Source of the DNA: Candidatus Aenigmatarchaeota archaeon | GTDB lineage: Archaea; Aenigmatarchaeota; Aenigmatarchaeia; QMZP01; QMZT01 | Length of the DNA: 64,000 bases | NCBI GenBank assembly: GCA_011772645.1 | Contig: WVZE01000001.1 | Span: 17,888-81,887, forward strand | Direction of reading: 5' to 3' | In this document: positions 27,520-37,350 of the stretch, piece by piece | Numbering within the stretch: position 1 is the stretch's first letter | How the letters are laid out: each line of letters begins with the position of its first letter | Notes under the pieces: generated by a model | Seen by the model: only the letters and a program-made list of their open reading frames with translations | The model's database searches: none | Told to the model about the DNA's origin: nothing | Translations under genes and position numbers: made by a program

Positions 27520-28485
27520 ATGAAATATAAAGGGTCGCGAGGTGGTGATATGTCGAAGGACTTGTCTGGTTTGCCTGGGGTTGGAGATAAAACACTGGAA
27601 AAATTGAAAGAATCTGGTTATGATAATATGATGAGTATAGCTGCTGCTTCCGCCGGGGAGCTATCGGCTGCAACAGGACTTGGCACGGAAAGTGCGAACA
27701 AGATTATAGTTGGTGCGAGACAGAAGTTAAAAATGGGTTTTGAGCCTGCAAGCGAGGTTTTAAAAAAGAGGGGACTGGTGGGCAAAATCTCAACTGGTTC
27801 AAAGGCGTTGGATGTCCTACTAGGTGGGGGTATCGAAACGCAAGCGATAACAGAGATGCATGGAGCTTACGGTTCGGGGAAATCCCAACTGGCTCATCAA
27901 CTGGCTGTTAACGTTCAACTCCCGAAAGAGAAAGGTGGTATGGGGGGCAAAGCTATATTCATAGACACGGAACAGACATTCAGGCCTGAAAGAATCCAGC
28001 AAATGGCAGAGTCTCTAGGTCTCGATCCCAAGAAGGCGATGGAAAACATTTTTGTTGCGAGGGCGTACAATTCAGACCATCAGGTTCTCCTTGCAGAGAA
28101 GGCGGAAGATGTCCTCAAGAAAGAAAACGTCAAGCTTTTGATAGTTGATTCTGTAACGTCATCATTCCGTTCAGATTATACGGGAAGGGGAACGCTCGCA
28201 GACCGACAACAAAAATTAAATAGGCATTTACATCGTTTACAGAGACTTGCCGATGTTTACAACGTAGCGATCTACATAACGAATCAGGTTATGTCAAGGC
28301 CTGACGTTCTCTTCGGAGACCCGACCGCCCCGATAGGTGGGCACATACTTGGTCACCAGGCGACTTTCCGCGTGTATCTGAGAAAATCCAAGGGTGACAA
28401 GAGGATTGCTAAACTGATAGACTCCCCAAACATGCCTGAAGGAGAGGCGATCTTCAGGCTGATAACTGAGGGTGTGAGGGACTAA
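27520..28485 (+). CDS. radA: DNA repair and recombination protein RadA
   Basis: It has the HhH N-terminus '[17 protein letters not shown]', Walker A '[10 protein letters not shown]' and Walker B 'LLIVDS'. The likely true start is MSKD at 27550. Confidence 0.95.
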   Translation: MKYKGSRGGDMSKDLSGLPGVGDKTLEKLKESGYDNMMSIAAASAGELSAATGLGTESANKIIVGARQKLKMGFEPASEVLKKRGLVGKISTGSKALDVLLGGGIETQAITEMHGAYGSGKSQLAHQLAVNVQLPKEKGGMGGKAIFIDTEQTFRPERIQQMAESLGLDPKKAMENIFVARAYNSDHQVLLAEKAEDVLKKENVKLLIVDSVTSSFRSDYTGRGTLADRQQKLNRHLHRLQRLADVYNVAIYITNQVMSRPDVLFGDPTAPIGGHILGHQATFRVYLRKSKGDKRIAKLIDSPNMPEGEAIFRLITEGVRD

Positions 28486-28784
28486 AAAGTGAGGGTTCGG
28501 AGTTTCAAGAGTCTCAACACCTGTTCTTTCGTTATATCTGGATTTCTCAGTCTTACGAATTTTATATTCAAACCGACATCCTCGAAGCCATCCGGGATGG
28601 TTATCTCAACGAAACTCTGCATGTGGAGGTCAAGCGTTCGAGAAACAGTCCACTTGTGCAGGCCTGTTAATTTAGATATTTTAGAAACTGTTAGCAATTC
28701 TCCTGTTTTATCGTATTTTTTTAACAGACTTAGTATCTGCATAACGTTTTTTATGGTTTTTCGGTAGTGTCCCTTCTTATCCAT
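28482..28784 (-). CDS. Small winged-helix DNA-binding protein (hypothetical)
   Basis: 100 aa. '[23 protein letters not shown]' looks like an HTH recognition-helix segment. I recognise no family. Confidence 0.45.
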   Translation of the reverse strand: MDKKGHYRKTIKNVMQILSLLKKYDKTGELLTVSKISKLTGLHKWTVSRTLDLHMQSFVEITIPDGFEDVGLNIKFVRLRNPDITKEQVLRLLKLRTLTF

Positions 28785-28849
28785 AATTACTATATTGACC
28801 GGGTCAAATTTATATCTATCCAGATGGTTAAAGGAAAGGGGACCTAAAA

Positions 28850-29110
28850 TTAGATTATATCCTTTTCTGTAACTATCACGAAATCCCCAACTGACTTCAC
28901 AGCTGAAAATGGGACGAGAACCCTTCCTCTGTCGTCCTCTTGGAGGTTTAATTCACTCGTGTGCTTCGTTGGCTCAACCAAAACAAGGTTTATCAGTTCC
29001 CCTGACTCTATGATGTAGTCAAGATCGCCAACAACGCCAAACTTCTTTCCAGTCTCCTCAGAAACCAATACCTTCCCAACCAATTGTCTGCTTCTCACTC
29101 TTTCCTCCAT
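28850..29110 (-). CDS. PRC-barrel domain protein (CdpB-like small PRC-barrel)
   Basis: 'LVGKVLVSEETGKKFGVVGDLDYIIESGELINLVLV...VLVPFSAVKSVGDFVIV' is a PRC-barrel pattern. The track ORF extends to 29152; the start at MEERV is preferred. Confidence 0.6.
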   Translation of the reverse strand: MEERVRSRQLVGKVLVSEETGKKFGVVGDLDYIIESGELINLVLVEPTKHTSELNLQEDDRGRVLVPFSAVKSVGDFVIVTEKDII

Positions 29111-29164
29111 AATATCCCTCCTATAAACATCATGGTATATATTTAAAAACAAAGTATTTAAAAA

Positions 29165-30238
29165 TTACGCATTAACCATCATAGTTTTTACCTTGTCTGA
29201 AAGTTTGTACTGGAATGTTTTTCCTCTCCTGTTTCTTGAAACCAGACCGTCCTTCAAAAGTCTCTTTAGTATGTTGTTTACTGATCTTATTGCGTTTTCC
29301 TTGTCCTTGTATGAGTCCATTTCAATATTAGAAACCACCTCCGAAGGCGTAAGTTCTTTGTGTTTGTTCAGGAGTTCCAGAACGTGTTTTTGGCGTGAAG
29401 GAAGGTTGTTCACGCTTCCCAGGGAGACCCTTCTGGGCATCTCTGTTTGAATTTCCTCCAGAAAGTTAGGATCTACCGTGGATATGTTCCTTTCGATAGC
29501 TTTTTGAACGAGGTTGTTGCATACCTTTATCACCTCTCTGGGAAATCCTCCTGTCTTCTCGTAAATGACCTGGATGGTCTCAGAGGTGAACGGTTTTATA
29601 TCGTTCCCCCCAACCCACTCTATTCTTTTTTTAACAAGCTCTCTTGTTTCCGATTTTGTGAGGTTGGTTAATTCAATCCTTGTGCTTACCCTCCTTATGA
29701 ATGTTTCGAGATTCTCATTAAGCATCTGATCAAGGACAGGCAAACCCGCAATTACTATGGAAAGGTTGTCTATCTGATCTGTTAAGGTTCTCAGCCACTC
29801 GAGCGTTTCAAGCGTGGCTTCGTGGCCTTCGTCCAGGAGCAAAACGATGTTCCTTTTGTTTATCTTCCTGTTTACCCATTCGCCGAGGTTGTATAAGTTA
29901 AGATTTTTTCTCGAGAAAATTCTGTCTCTTATTCCAAGACCCATGAAGCCCGTGAAGATATTCACCCAGTCCTCAGGGTTTTTTGGTGGTTTTGATATGT
30001 AAAAAATGTTTTTACCGTCAAATCTGTTTGTTACGAATTTCAGAAGCGTTGTTTTACCGGAACCTGTCGGGCCGAGCAGCAGTGAGAATTTGTCCGTGCT
30101 TCTTATGCTGTCCAGTATGGTTTCCATTTCCTTCATGTAGCCGACAAACAAATCGGGGAGTATTTTGAAGCTGAAGGGGTTTTCTCTCCAGCTGAACAAC
30201 TTCACGTATTTTTCATTTAAATTCATATCCAAATTCAT
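29165..30238 (-). CDS. AAA+/P-loop ATPase (ExeA/ORC-like AAA_22 type) with a C-terminal winged helix
   Basis: It has Walker A 'GPTGSGKTTLL' and Walker B 'VLLLDEGHEA'. The C-terminal MarR-like wHTH is 'RQKHVLELLNKHKELTPSEVV...LKDGLVSRNRRGKTFQYKL'. Confidence 0.6.
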   Translation of the reverse strand: MNLDMNLNEKYVKLFSWRENPFSFKILPDLFVGYMKEMETILDSIRSTDKFSLLLGPTGSGKTTLLKFVTNRFDGKNIFYISKPPKNPEDWVNIFTGFMGLGIRDRIFSRKNLNLYNLGEWVNRKINKRNIVLLLDEGHEATLETLEWLRTLTDQIDNLSIVIAGLPVLDQMLNENLETFIRRVSTRIELTNLTKSETRELVKKRIEWVGGNDIKPFTSETIQVIYEKTGGFPREVIKVCNNLVQKAIERNISTVDPNFLEEIQTEMPRRVSLGSVNNLPSRQKHVLELLNKHKELTPSEVVSNIEMDSYKDKENAIRSVNNILKRLLKDGLVSRNRRGKTFQYKLSDKVKTMMVNA

Positions 30239-30321
30239 AATTTCATATATTTAGATGAAATATTTAAATGTTTGGTGAAGTTTGGATGAAGTTTTATATA
30301 TGAGGTTGATAATAATTTGTT

Positions 30322-30867
30322 ATGCGATGTTTTGTTGCTGTTGACCTTGAAAAGGATCTCGTGAAACATATAAAAGAACTCCAGAACGAAATAAGAAATC
30401 TGAACGTAGACGTGAAGTTTGTAGAAACAGAAAATCTTCACTTCACGCTGAAGTTTCTCGGTGAACTTAACGAAAATGAAATTGATGTGATCAAAACTTC
30501 TATCGGGAATGGTTTGAAAGGGGTTGGTGTCTTCAAAATAAGAATGCGGGGTATAGGATATTTTGGAGGTCCAAACCATATAAGAACCTTGTGGGTGGAT
30601 GTGAATGAAGGTAAGGACAAGTTCACGGAACTGGTTAAAAACGTGAATGAATGTTTAAGAATTGGTGAAAAAAACAAAACAGTTCATCTAACAATAGGTA
30701 GGATTAAATCCGGAAAGAACAGGGAATTGCTCTTGAACTTCATGGACAAATCCAAAGACATTAAGATAGGTGAGATGGATGTGAAACACGTGAAGTTAAA
30801 GAGCAGCGTTTTAACCAGGGATGGGCCCGTATATTCTGATTTGGCTATATTCGAATTAAAGGGGTAG
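30322..30867 (+). CDS. thpR: RNA 2',3'-cyclic phosphodiesterase (2H phosphoesterase, ThpR/LigT family)
   Basis: It has two HxT/S motifs, 'LHFTLKFLGE' and 'VHLTIGRIK', in a ~180-aa protein. Confidence 0.8.
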   Translation: MRCFVAVDLEKDLVKHIKELQNEIRNLNVDVKFVETENLHFTLKFLGELNENEIDVIKTSIGNGLKGVGVFKIRMRGIGYFGGPNHIRTLWVDVNEGKDKFTELVKNVNECLRIGEKNKTVHLTIGRIKSGKNRELLLNFMDKSKDIKIGEMDVKHVKLKSSVLTRDGPVYSDLAIFELKG

Positions 30868-30868
30868 C

Positions 30869-31252
30869 ATGAATGAAGTTAAGCTTACCAAAATTTCATT
30901 TTTCGGTGTTGTTATTGGATTGATAGCGATTTATTTCCTGGCAACACAGATACATTCATTTCACGTGAATATAGGTGAAATTGACTCCGGGTACGTGGGC
31001 AGAACCGTGAACATTACAGGTAGGGTGACAGACCTGACAACAAACAAGGGTAACATGTTCTTCGACCTTGAAGACAAAACAGGTAAGATAAAGGTTGTTT
31101 TGTGGAAAGACACGCTTGAATTGCTGGAATTGAGCGGTGTGAACATAAATGAAATAGGGAATGGGGAGGAACTCAACATCGTTGGCAATGTTCAATTGTA
31201 TAAAGGTGAACTTGAAGTAATACCAATACGCGAACACGTGAAGGTTTTATAG
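30869..31252 (+). CDS. Membrane-anchored OB-fold (tRNA_anti-like) nucleic-acid-binding domain protein
   Basis: It has an N-terminal TM helix ('ISFFGVVIGLIAIYFLA'). This is followed by 'GRTVNITGRVTDLTTNKGNMFFDLEDKTGKIKVVLW...LNIVGNVQLYKGELEVI', a typical OB-fold pattern. Confidence 0.55.
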   Translation: MNEVKLTKISFFGVVIGLIAIYFLATQIHSFHVNIGEIDSGYVGRTVNITGRVTDLTTNKGNMFFDLEDKTGKIKVVLWKDTLELLELSGVNINEIGNGEELNIVGNVQLYKGELEVIPIREHVKVL

Positions 31253-32278
31253 GTATTTGTGCGCGCTGTTCACAAGTTCTGTAACGAGTTTCACGGCATT
31301 CTTCACGTCTTTTATGTCTGCAACCTCAACAGGCGTATGCATGTAACGTGAAGGTGTTAGTATCGCTAAAGAGGGTATACCCTCTCTTATGGTTGATACT
31401 ATGGAAGAATCTGTCGCCCCAGCACTCAGAACATCATACTGCAAAGGAATTTTGTTCTTTTTTGCAACATCTTCGACCCATTTCTTTATGTCGTCCTGTA
31501 TAATACTTAATGCGTCCTTTATTAGGAGCACGGGTCCGTTGCCTATTACCGCTATGGCTTCGTGTGGTTTCAGGTAGGGAACGTCTCCGCTAAAGGTGAC
31601 GTCCAGGGATATAACGAGATCGGGATTTACACTGAATGTTGATCCCCTTATCCCAATAAGGCCTATCTCCTCCTTGACCGTTCCCACTGCGTATAGTGTT
31701 CCCTTGAATTTTTTCAGGCTTTTTACAATATCTATTAATTCCAGGCAACCAACTCGATCATCAAAACCGTATCCGGTTACCCTTGAACCGCCAAGACTGT
31801 TGAATTCACCGTGTTGAGTCACGAAGTCGCCGACCTTCACCCCCATTTTTTCAACTTCTTTTTTGTTGTTTGCGCCGATATCTATGAACATGTCCTTTAT
31901 CTTTGTTACCTTTTTCTCCTCTTCTCTTTCCTGAAGGTGTATCGCTTTCGAGCCAACGACCCCTATGATGGGTCCCTTGGAACCATGTATTTTGAATTTT
32001 TGGGCTTGGAGGATTTTGGAATCCCAGCCGCCTATCGGTTCAAATCTTATGAAACCTTTGTCATCTATGTGCTTCACCATCAAACCAATCTCGTCCATGT
32101 GCGCGTTAATCATTATCTTTGGTGAGCCGGATCCCTTCTTGGCAATAAGGTTACCTATTTTATCGATTCTTACATCGTCTACATGGGGTTTTATCTCCTT
32201 CATTATAAGATCCCTGACGTTCCTTTCAGAGCCTGAAACAGAGGGAGATTCAACCAGTTTTTTCAATAAATCTTCCAT
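31247..32278 (-). CDS. M42-family (TET/FrvX-type) aminopeptidase
   Basis: 'LVESPSVSGSE', 'INAHMDEIGLMV', 'GFDDRVGC' and 'EEIGLIG' are M42 metal-ligand motifs. Confidence 0.85.
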   Translation of the reverse strand: MEDLLKKLVESPSVSGSERNVRDLIMKEIKPHVDDVRIDKIGNLIAKKGSGSPKIMINAHMDEIGLMVKHIDDKGFIRFEPIGGWDSKILQAQKFKIHGSKGPIIGVVGSKAIHLQEREEEKKVTKIKDMFIDIGANNKKEVEKMGVKVGDFVTQHGEFNSLGGSRVTGYGFDDRVGCLELIDIVKSLKKFKGTLYAVGTVKEEIGLIGIRGSTFSVNPDLVISLDVTFSGDVPYLKPHEAIAVIGNGPVLLIKDALSIIQDDIKKWVEDVAKKNKIPLQYDVLSAGATDSSIVSTIREGIPSLAILTPSRYMHTPVEVADIKDVKNAVKLVTELVNSAHKYL

Positions 32279-32353
32279 TCTATCACCTGATAAGATAAGG
32301 CAAACGCCTGTATCGATATATAATATTTGTTTATTCCGTTATAAATTTGTGGA

Positions 32354-33538
32354 TCATTTTAGGTCTTCCTTGGACAGTATGCCTATGGAAGACCTTATGT
32401 TTTCCTTTTCCATGCCCACAAGAAACTTTATGTCCTTTCTCTTTGCAATTGATTCCAGTTTGTAATCAACCCTTCCGTCGAATATGACAGCATAGGGGTT
32501 TTCGACCGTTTTTAACGTGTTTATCAGTTCCTTCACAGGAACTTTACCGAGCAGGTTGAAAGTTGAATCAAAAATGCAAGCCGCCCGTGTTCCTATGAGC
32601 TCTTCCAGGGTTTTCTTGAATATCTTTTTCTGATCCTCTGTGATGCTGATCTCCCTTTTCTTGTACTTCTGCTCTATCTTGGGTCTCTCCTTCTTCGCCT
32701 CGTTCATTTTCTCAAGTTTGAACTGGGAAGAAGATATCTTATCCCTCAAACACTTGAAAACCTCTTTTTTCGATAGCTCCTCAACCTCCTTTCCAGGAGG
32801 GGCGACAGCTATGTAATCCAGATCCGTCGTTTCGATCAGACCCTTCAGATTCAGATCTCCTCCCCTGTCTCCGTCCACGAAGGCCGTGGTTATCTTCTCT
32901 TTCGAGAGCTCTGCAATCGTCTGGGGTATCGAGCTCCCCTCTATTGCTATCGCATTCTTTATACCGTATTTTATCAGGTTCACAACATCCGCTCTTCCCT
33001 CAACAATTACTATCTCATCAGAATCCAGCAGGTTCGGTCCGCATGGAAGTCCTTTGTATGCGGTTATCTCGTGTGTTTTTATCTCCTCCTTTATGTCCTC
33101 TGTTATCTTGGATGTGTCCGGTAATCCCTTTTCCAGCAGATCTTTCAAAATGGTCTTTGCCTTGTCAACCACGAACTTCCTCTTCATCTCCCTTGTGTCT
33201 TCCACAGATTTCAGGATTATTTTTGCTGTGCAGGGTCCGACTCTTTCGATGGTTTCGAGAGTGGCTGCTATCAGGGCGGTTTCCGTCGAGTCCAGGGATG
33301 ATGGTATTATGAGTTCACCGTATGAGTTTCCCTTATCCGATCTTATGTTGACCTCTATCCTTCCGATTCTTCCCGTTCTCTGCAGTTCTCTCAAATCAAG
33401 GTCGGGCCCGAGCAAACCTTCGGTCTGCCCAAAAATAGCTCCTATTACATCAGGTTTCTCTATTACTCCTTTTGCGTTTATCTGCGCTTTTATCAGATAC
33501 TTTATCGACGTTGGCGCTAACTTTGACATGAACATCAA
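32354..33538 (-). CDS. dnaG: Archaeal DnaG primase homologue (Toprim domain; exosome-associated)
   Basis: 'KYLIKAQINAKGVIEKPDVIGAIFGQTEGLLG', 'IVEGRADVVNL' and 'VDGDRGGDL' are archaeal DnaG signatures. Confidence 0.9.
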   Translation of the reverse strand: MMFMSKLAPTSIKYLIKAQINAKGVIEKPDVIGAIFGQTEGLLGPDLDLRELQRTGRIGRIEVNIRSDKGNSYGELIIPSSLDSTETALIAATLETIERVGPCTAKIILKSVEDTREMKRKFVVDKAKTILKDLLEKGLPDTSKITEDIKEEIKTHEITAYKGLPCGPNLLDSDEIVIVEGRADVVNLIKYGIKNAIAIEGSSIPQTIAELSKEKITTAFVDGDRGGDLNLKGLIETTDLDYIAVAPPGKEVEELSKKEVFKCLRDKISSSQFKLEKMNEAKKERPKIEQKYKKREISITEDQKKIFKKTLEELIGTRAACIFDSTFNLLGKVPVKELINTLKTVENPYAVIFDGRVDYKLESIAKRKDIKFLVGMEKENIRSSIGILSKEDLK

Positions 33539-33905
33539 CCTCCTTAAAAGCGATTTGGCTATCCAAATTGGCCAAATCCTCTATTTGATTTTTTCCCAGA
33601 GACATTGTCTTGCCTCTCAATCTCGAGTTCGTTCGTTTTTTGTATTTCTGGAGCAGGTATCTCAATCGTTTTTCGATCTCCCTGCCCTTTTTATCGAAAT
33701 CCGTGAGTATTACGATCTCTTTCGTTGTATTTATGTTCTCAACCACTTCGTAAAGTGGTCTGCCATCGATGGCAATAATATTTTTCAGACCAAGGCTTTT
33801 TAAAGCTTTTTTATCGTTCTTTCCCTCAACTATCAAAAGTTTGTCTTTCAGTTCCTTCAAAAGTTCATTGAGTTCCTCGATGGTTATCTTTTTATTCCTT
33901 GTCAT
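33450..33905 (-). CDS. Small Toprim-domain protein (RNase M5/primase-like, COG1658-type)
   Basis: 'LIVEGKNDKKALKSLG' and 'ILTDFDKKGREI' are Toprim E and DxD motifs. Its 3' end overlaps the dnaG 5' end by about 89 nt in another frame. Confidence 0.65.
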   Translation of the reverse strand: MTRNKKITIEELNELLKELKDKLLIVEGKNDKKALKSLGLKNIIAIDGRPLYEVVENINTTKEIVILTDFDKKGREIEKRLRYLLQKYKKRTNSRLRGKTMSLGKNQIEDLANLDSQIAFKEVDVHVKVSANVDKVSDKSADKRKRSNRET

Positions 33906-33949
33906 GAAAACGCATTTTATTTTTAATATCGGTTCATAAATAAATTACT

Positions 33950-35314
33950 ATGGATAACGTTCTTAACAAGGTTTTGAAAAAAATAACACCCAGCAACAGG
34001 GAGAGGGAGGAGCTTTCGGGGGTTCTGAAGAGGTTGGTAGATGCAGCCGAAAGTGTGATAAAACCCATGGGTTTACAAAAAACCATCGCAGGTTCGTTCA
34101 TCCGCGACACCTGGTTAACAGACAAGAAGGAGATAGATCTCTTCATAATGTTCCCTGTTTCTTACCCGAGAGGGGATCTCGAGAAGCTCGGTCTAGAAAC
34201 AGGGAAAAGGATCGTGAAAAAACTTAAGGGTGAATACGAGATAGCATACGCAGAACATCCTTACGTTAGGGGCAAAGTGAGCGGTTTTTCAGTAGACATC
34301 GTCCCCTGTTACAAGGTTAAATCTGCTTCTAAAATAATCTCCGCGGTAGATCGCACGCCGTTTCATAACAGGTATATAGCCGAACATCTGAAGCCTGAAA
34401 TGGCGAAGGAAGTGAGACTCATCAAGCAGTTCTGCAAAGCAATCGATGTCTACGGTTCGGATATACGTACGCTTGGTTTTTCCGGCTACCTATGCGAACT
34501 TCTGATAATAAAACACAGGACCTTCAAAAAACTTGTTCTCTCTGCCAGAAACTGGAAATTCGGGAAATTCATGGATCTGGAAGGTCATTGTTACATAAGA
34601 AAACCAAAGTCCTTTTTCAGAAATCATCCCCTTATTGTTATAGACCCCACGGACCCGAAAAGAAACGTGGCCGCCGCACTCTCGGATGAGAATTTCGTCA
34701 AATTTGTGAAGTCGTGTGAAAATTTCGTGAAAAAACCAAGCGAAAGGTTCTTCAGAAGGGATATGAGAACGATAAAGATCCATGAACTCAGAAGACGCCT
34801 GAAAGCGAGAGGGACGAGGATGTTCGCCATACGTTTCGGGAGACCGAAAGTGGTTGATGATATCCTATGGTCGCAGATGAGAAAAACTTCCTCCAGGCTT
34901 GTTAACCTCCTAAAGGATAACGATTTCGAGATTTTTGATACCTCTGTGTGGAGTGACGAGAAGGATTCGTATCTGCTCTTGGAAATGAAGAGCTGGTTTC
35001 TTCCAAAAATAAGGAGGCTGAGAGGCCCTCCCGTACATTCGAAGAAGCATTCGAAACAGTTCATAGATAAGTATGGGGGGAAGGCTAAGGTTGAAGGCAA
35101 GAACTGGGTGGCCGAAATCGAAAGAAAGTACAGGAAGGTGGAAATCCTTCTGGAAGATTTTCTGAAAAGGAGTGATAAGCTCCTTCGAATGGATGGCGTA
35201 AGATCGCACATAGCAAAGAGTATTGGGAAGGATTTCGAAATTCTGAGTGGAAGGGGTTTCGAGAGGACAATAAAAAACAGGGATCTTGCAATTTTCCTTA
35301 GGAAGTATTTCTAA
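33950..35314 (+). CDS. cca: CCA-adding enzyme (archaeal class I tRNA nucleotidyltransferase)
   Basis: 454 aa. 'GSFIRDTWLTDKKEIDLFIMF', 'HPYV' and 'VDIVPC...DRTPFH' identify it. Confidence 0.9.
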   Translation: MDNVLNKVLKKITPSNREREELSGVLKRLVDAAESVIKPMGLQKTIAGSFIRDTWLTDKKEIDLFIMFPVSYPRGDLEKLGLETGKRIVKKLKGEYEIAYAEHPYVRGKVSGFSVDIVPCYKVKSASKIISAVDRTPFHNRYIAEHLKPEMAKEVRLIKQFCKAIDVYGSDIRTLGFSGYLCELLIIKHRTFKKLVLSARNWKFGKFMDLEGHCYIRKPKSFFRNHPLIVIDPTDPKRNVAAALSDENFVKFVKSCENFVKKPSERFFRRDMRTIKIHELRRRLKARGTRMFAIRFGRPKVVDDILWSQMRKTSSRLVNLLKDNDFEIFDTSVWSDEKDSYLLLEMKSWFLPKIRRLRGPPVHSKKHSKQFIDKYGGKAKVEGKNWVAEIERKYRKVEILLEDFLKRSDKLLRMDGVRSHIAKSIGKDFEILSGRGFERTIKNRDLAIFLRKYF

Positions 35315-35398
35315 GGGAACGCATTCAAAAAGATTTAAATATCTTTTGTCATAAATTAAAGAATCATGCCGTTTACTGCGTAAGCAGGAGGTTGTGAT

Positions 35399-36034
35399 AT
35401 GGCGGAAGAGTTCTTGAAGGAAATAAGGGAAGCCAAGGAAAAGGCAAAAAAAAGAAAGTTTATTCAAACCTGGGATCTGATTATCAGCCTCAAGAACATC
35501 GATCTTAAAAAACCAGAAAACAAGCTGAACCTCGAATTCCCTCTCCCCGAAGGCAGGGGAAAGGAAACGAAAGTGATATTCATTGTTGATTCTCTGCTGG
35601 TTGAGGCAAAGAAAACCAGCGGTTTGATTATAACAAAGGGTGAACTGGAAAAGCTCGGGAAGGACAAGAAGAAACTGAAAAGATACGCCGATGAATATGA
35701 GTGGTGGTTCTGCGAAGCTCCTTTAATGCCTCTGGTGGGTAAAACCTTGGGTTTGGTTTTAGGACCCAGGGGCAAAATGCCAAAACCTGTTCCTCCGAAG
35801 GGGAGTGTTCAGCCCTTTATTGAGATGTCAAAGAAGCTCGTTAGGGTGATGCTCAGGGATTCTCCTGTAATACACGTTCCAGTGGGAAAGGAAAACATGA
35901 AGGAAGAGCAGATTATGAAGAACGTCCTTGCCGTCATGAATTTTGTCAAGGAAAAACTCCCGAAGGGAAAGATGAACATGAAGGGGGCGTGCATAAAGCT
36001 GACCATGGGGCCCCCGGTCAGGCTGAAGGTGTGA
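35399..36034 (+). CDS. rpl1: 50S ribosomal protein L1
   Basis: 211 aa. 'FIQTWDLIISLKNIDLKKPENKL' and 'LGPRGKMPKPVPP' are uL1 motifs. Confidence 0.9.
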   Translation: MAEEFLKEIREAKEKAKKRKFIQTWDLIISLKNIDLKKPENKLNLEFPLPEGRGKETKVIFIVDSLLVEAKKTSGLIITKGELEKLGKDKKKLKRYADEYEWWFCEAPLMPLVGKTLGLVLGPRGKMPKPVPPKGSVQPFIEMSKKLVRVMLRDSPVIHVPVGKENMKEEQIMKNVLAVMNFVKEKLPKGKMNMKGACIKLTMGPPVRLKV

Positions 36035-36036
36035 GT

Positions 36037-36969
36037 ATGGTTTCGGAAAAGAAAATTGAGGACGTGAAGAAGGTTGCAGGGGAATTGAAGAAATATCCGG
36101 TTATTGGCCTGCTTGACATGTTTAAGCTTCCCTCGAAACAGCTCCAGGAGATGAGGGACAAACTCAAGGGTAAAGCGAAAATCAAGATGGTGAGGAAGAG
36201 TATTTTAAAGAGGGCTATGGAGGGCGTTGAGAAGAAGGGCATAAAGGAACTTGAGATGAAAATACAGAATCAGCCCGCCCTTTTATTCAGCGATGCTGAC
36301 CCCTTTGAACTGGCAAGGATAATCGAGTCTTCCAAGTCGTTTGGATCGGCAAAAGAAGGAGACATCGCTCCGAAGGACATAGTGGTAAAGGCCGGTAAAA
36401 CAAACCTCAGGGCAGGACCTGTGATAGGGGAGCTGCAGAGGATTAAGATCCCGGCAGGCGTGGAGGGAGAGAACATAGTTATAAAGGAAGATGCCGTTGT
36501 TGCCAAAGAAGGGGAAATCATAGAGAAGAACGTCGCTGATGTTTTGATGAAACTGGGTGTGGAACCGATTGAAATCTCTCTAAATCTCCTTGCCGTATGG
36601 GATCAGGGTGTTGTTTACCCGAAAGATATTTTGTTCATACCACTGGAAAGATATGAAAACGACATCAGACTCGCATATCAAAACGCCTTCAATCTTTCCA
36701 TTAACATGGGTTTTCTGACAAGGGAAACCTTCCCTTTGTTGCTTTCGAAGGCGTACAGGGAGGCGATGGGTTTGGCAGGCGAAATTGGACTGGTAACCAA
36801 GGAAACGGTTGGCGGACTAATCGCAAAGGCTCATTCGCAGATGCTTGCCCTGAAAGAAAAAACTCCTGAAACCCACGAATTAAGCGAGGGGAAAGAAGCA
36901 GGACCGGAGAAAAAAGTTGAAGAAGAAAAACATGCTGATAAAAAATCAGAAAGTAAAAAGGAGGGATGA
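36037..36969 (+). CDS. rpl10: 50S ribosomal protein P0 (uL10)
   Basis: '[26 protein letters not shown]' is followed by a charged C-terminal tail. The start at MVSEKK is preceded by 'GGTG'. The track ORF start at 35989 overlaps L1 and is rejected. Confidence 0.9.
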   Translation: MVSEKKIEDVKKVAGELKKYPVIGLLDMFKLPSKQLQEMRDKLKGKAKIKMVRKSILKRAMEGVEKKGIKELEMKIQNQPALLFSDADPFELARIIESSKSFGSAKEGDIAPKDIVVKAGKTNLRAGPVIGELQRIKIPAGVEGENIVIKEDAVVAKEGEIIEKNVADVLMKLGVEPIEISLNLLAVWDQGVVYPKDILFIPLERYENDIRLAYQNAFNLSINMGFLTRETFPLLLSKAYREAMGLAGEIGLVTKETVGGLIAKAHSQMLALKEKTPETHELSEGKEAGPEKKVEEEKHADKKSESKKEG

Positions 36970-37274
36970 AGATGGAAATGGTATACGCAGCGTTACTCCT
37001 TCACTCCTTAGGTAAAAAGGTGGACGAAGCTGGAGTTAAAAAGGTCCTTGAGGCCGCAGGAGCGAAAGTTGAAGCCGCCCAGATAAAAGCGTTGGTTTCG
37101 AGCCTCAAGGATGTGAACATAGATGAGGCTATAAAGCAGACGTCTGTTGTTCAAGCAGCTGCTCCGGCTGCGGCAGAGGAGAAGAAGGTGGAGAAAGAGG
37201 AGAAGAAGGAAGAGGAAAAGGCCGAGAAAAAGGCGGAAGAAGCGGCTGCAGGTCTTGGTGCACTTTTCGGATAA
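36966..37274 (+). CDS. rpl12: 50S ribosomal stalk protein P1 (aL12)
   Basis: '[28 protein letters not shown]' and the C-terminal '[10 protein letters not shown]...GLGALFG' are characteristic. Confidence 0.9.
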   Translation: MKMEMVYAALLLHSLGKKVDEAGVKKVLEAAGAKVEAAQIKALVSSLKDVNIDEAIKQTSVVQAAAPAAAEEKKVEKEEKKEEEKAEKKAEEAAAGLGALFG

Positions 37275-37350
37275 ATTTCTTTGGTTTAAAAGAAGCGCCA
37301 AGATCCCTCTAGTTCTTAAATTTAAGTAATGTGCATGAATATAATAAATT

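Noticed and set aside
29165-30238. The AAA+/wHTH protein considered as a second Orc1/Cdc6 paralogue marking another origin.
   Set aside because: It lacks the Orc1 initiator-specific motif pattern seen in 53785..54981. Its N-terminus looks more like the ExeA/AAA_22 type, and there are no ORB-like repeats in its flanks.
35989-36036. N-terminal extensions suggested by the longest-ORF track for P0 (35989), TrkA (48882), AtpD (63320), L21e (1844) and the PRC-barrel protein (29152).
   Set aside because: The extensions overlap upstream genes, are not part of the conserved protein N-termini, and internal Met codons with SD-like or promoter context fit better.
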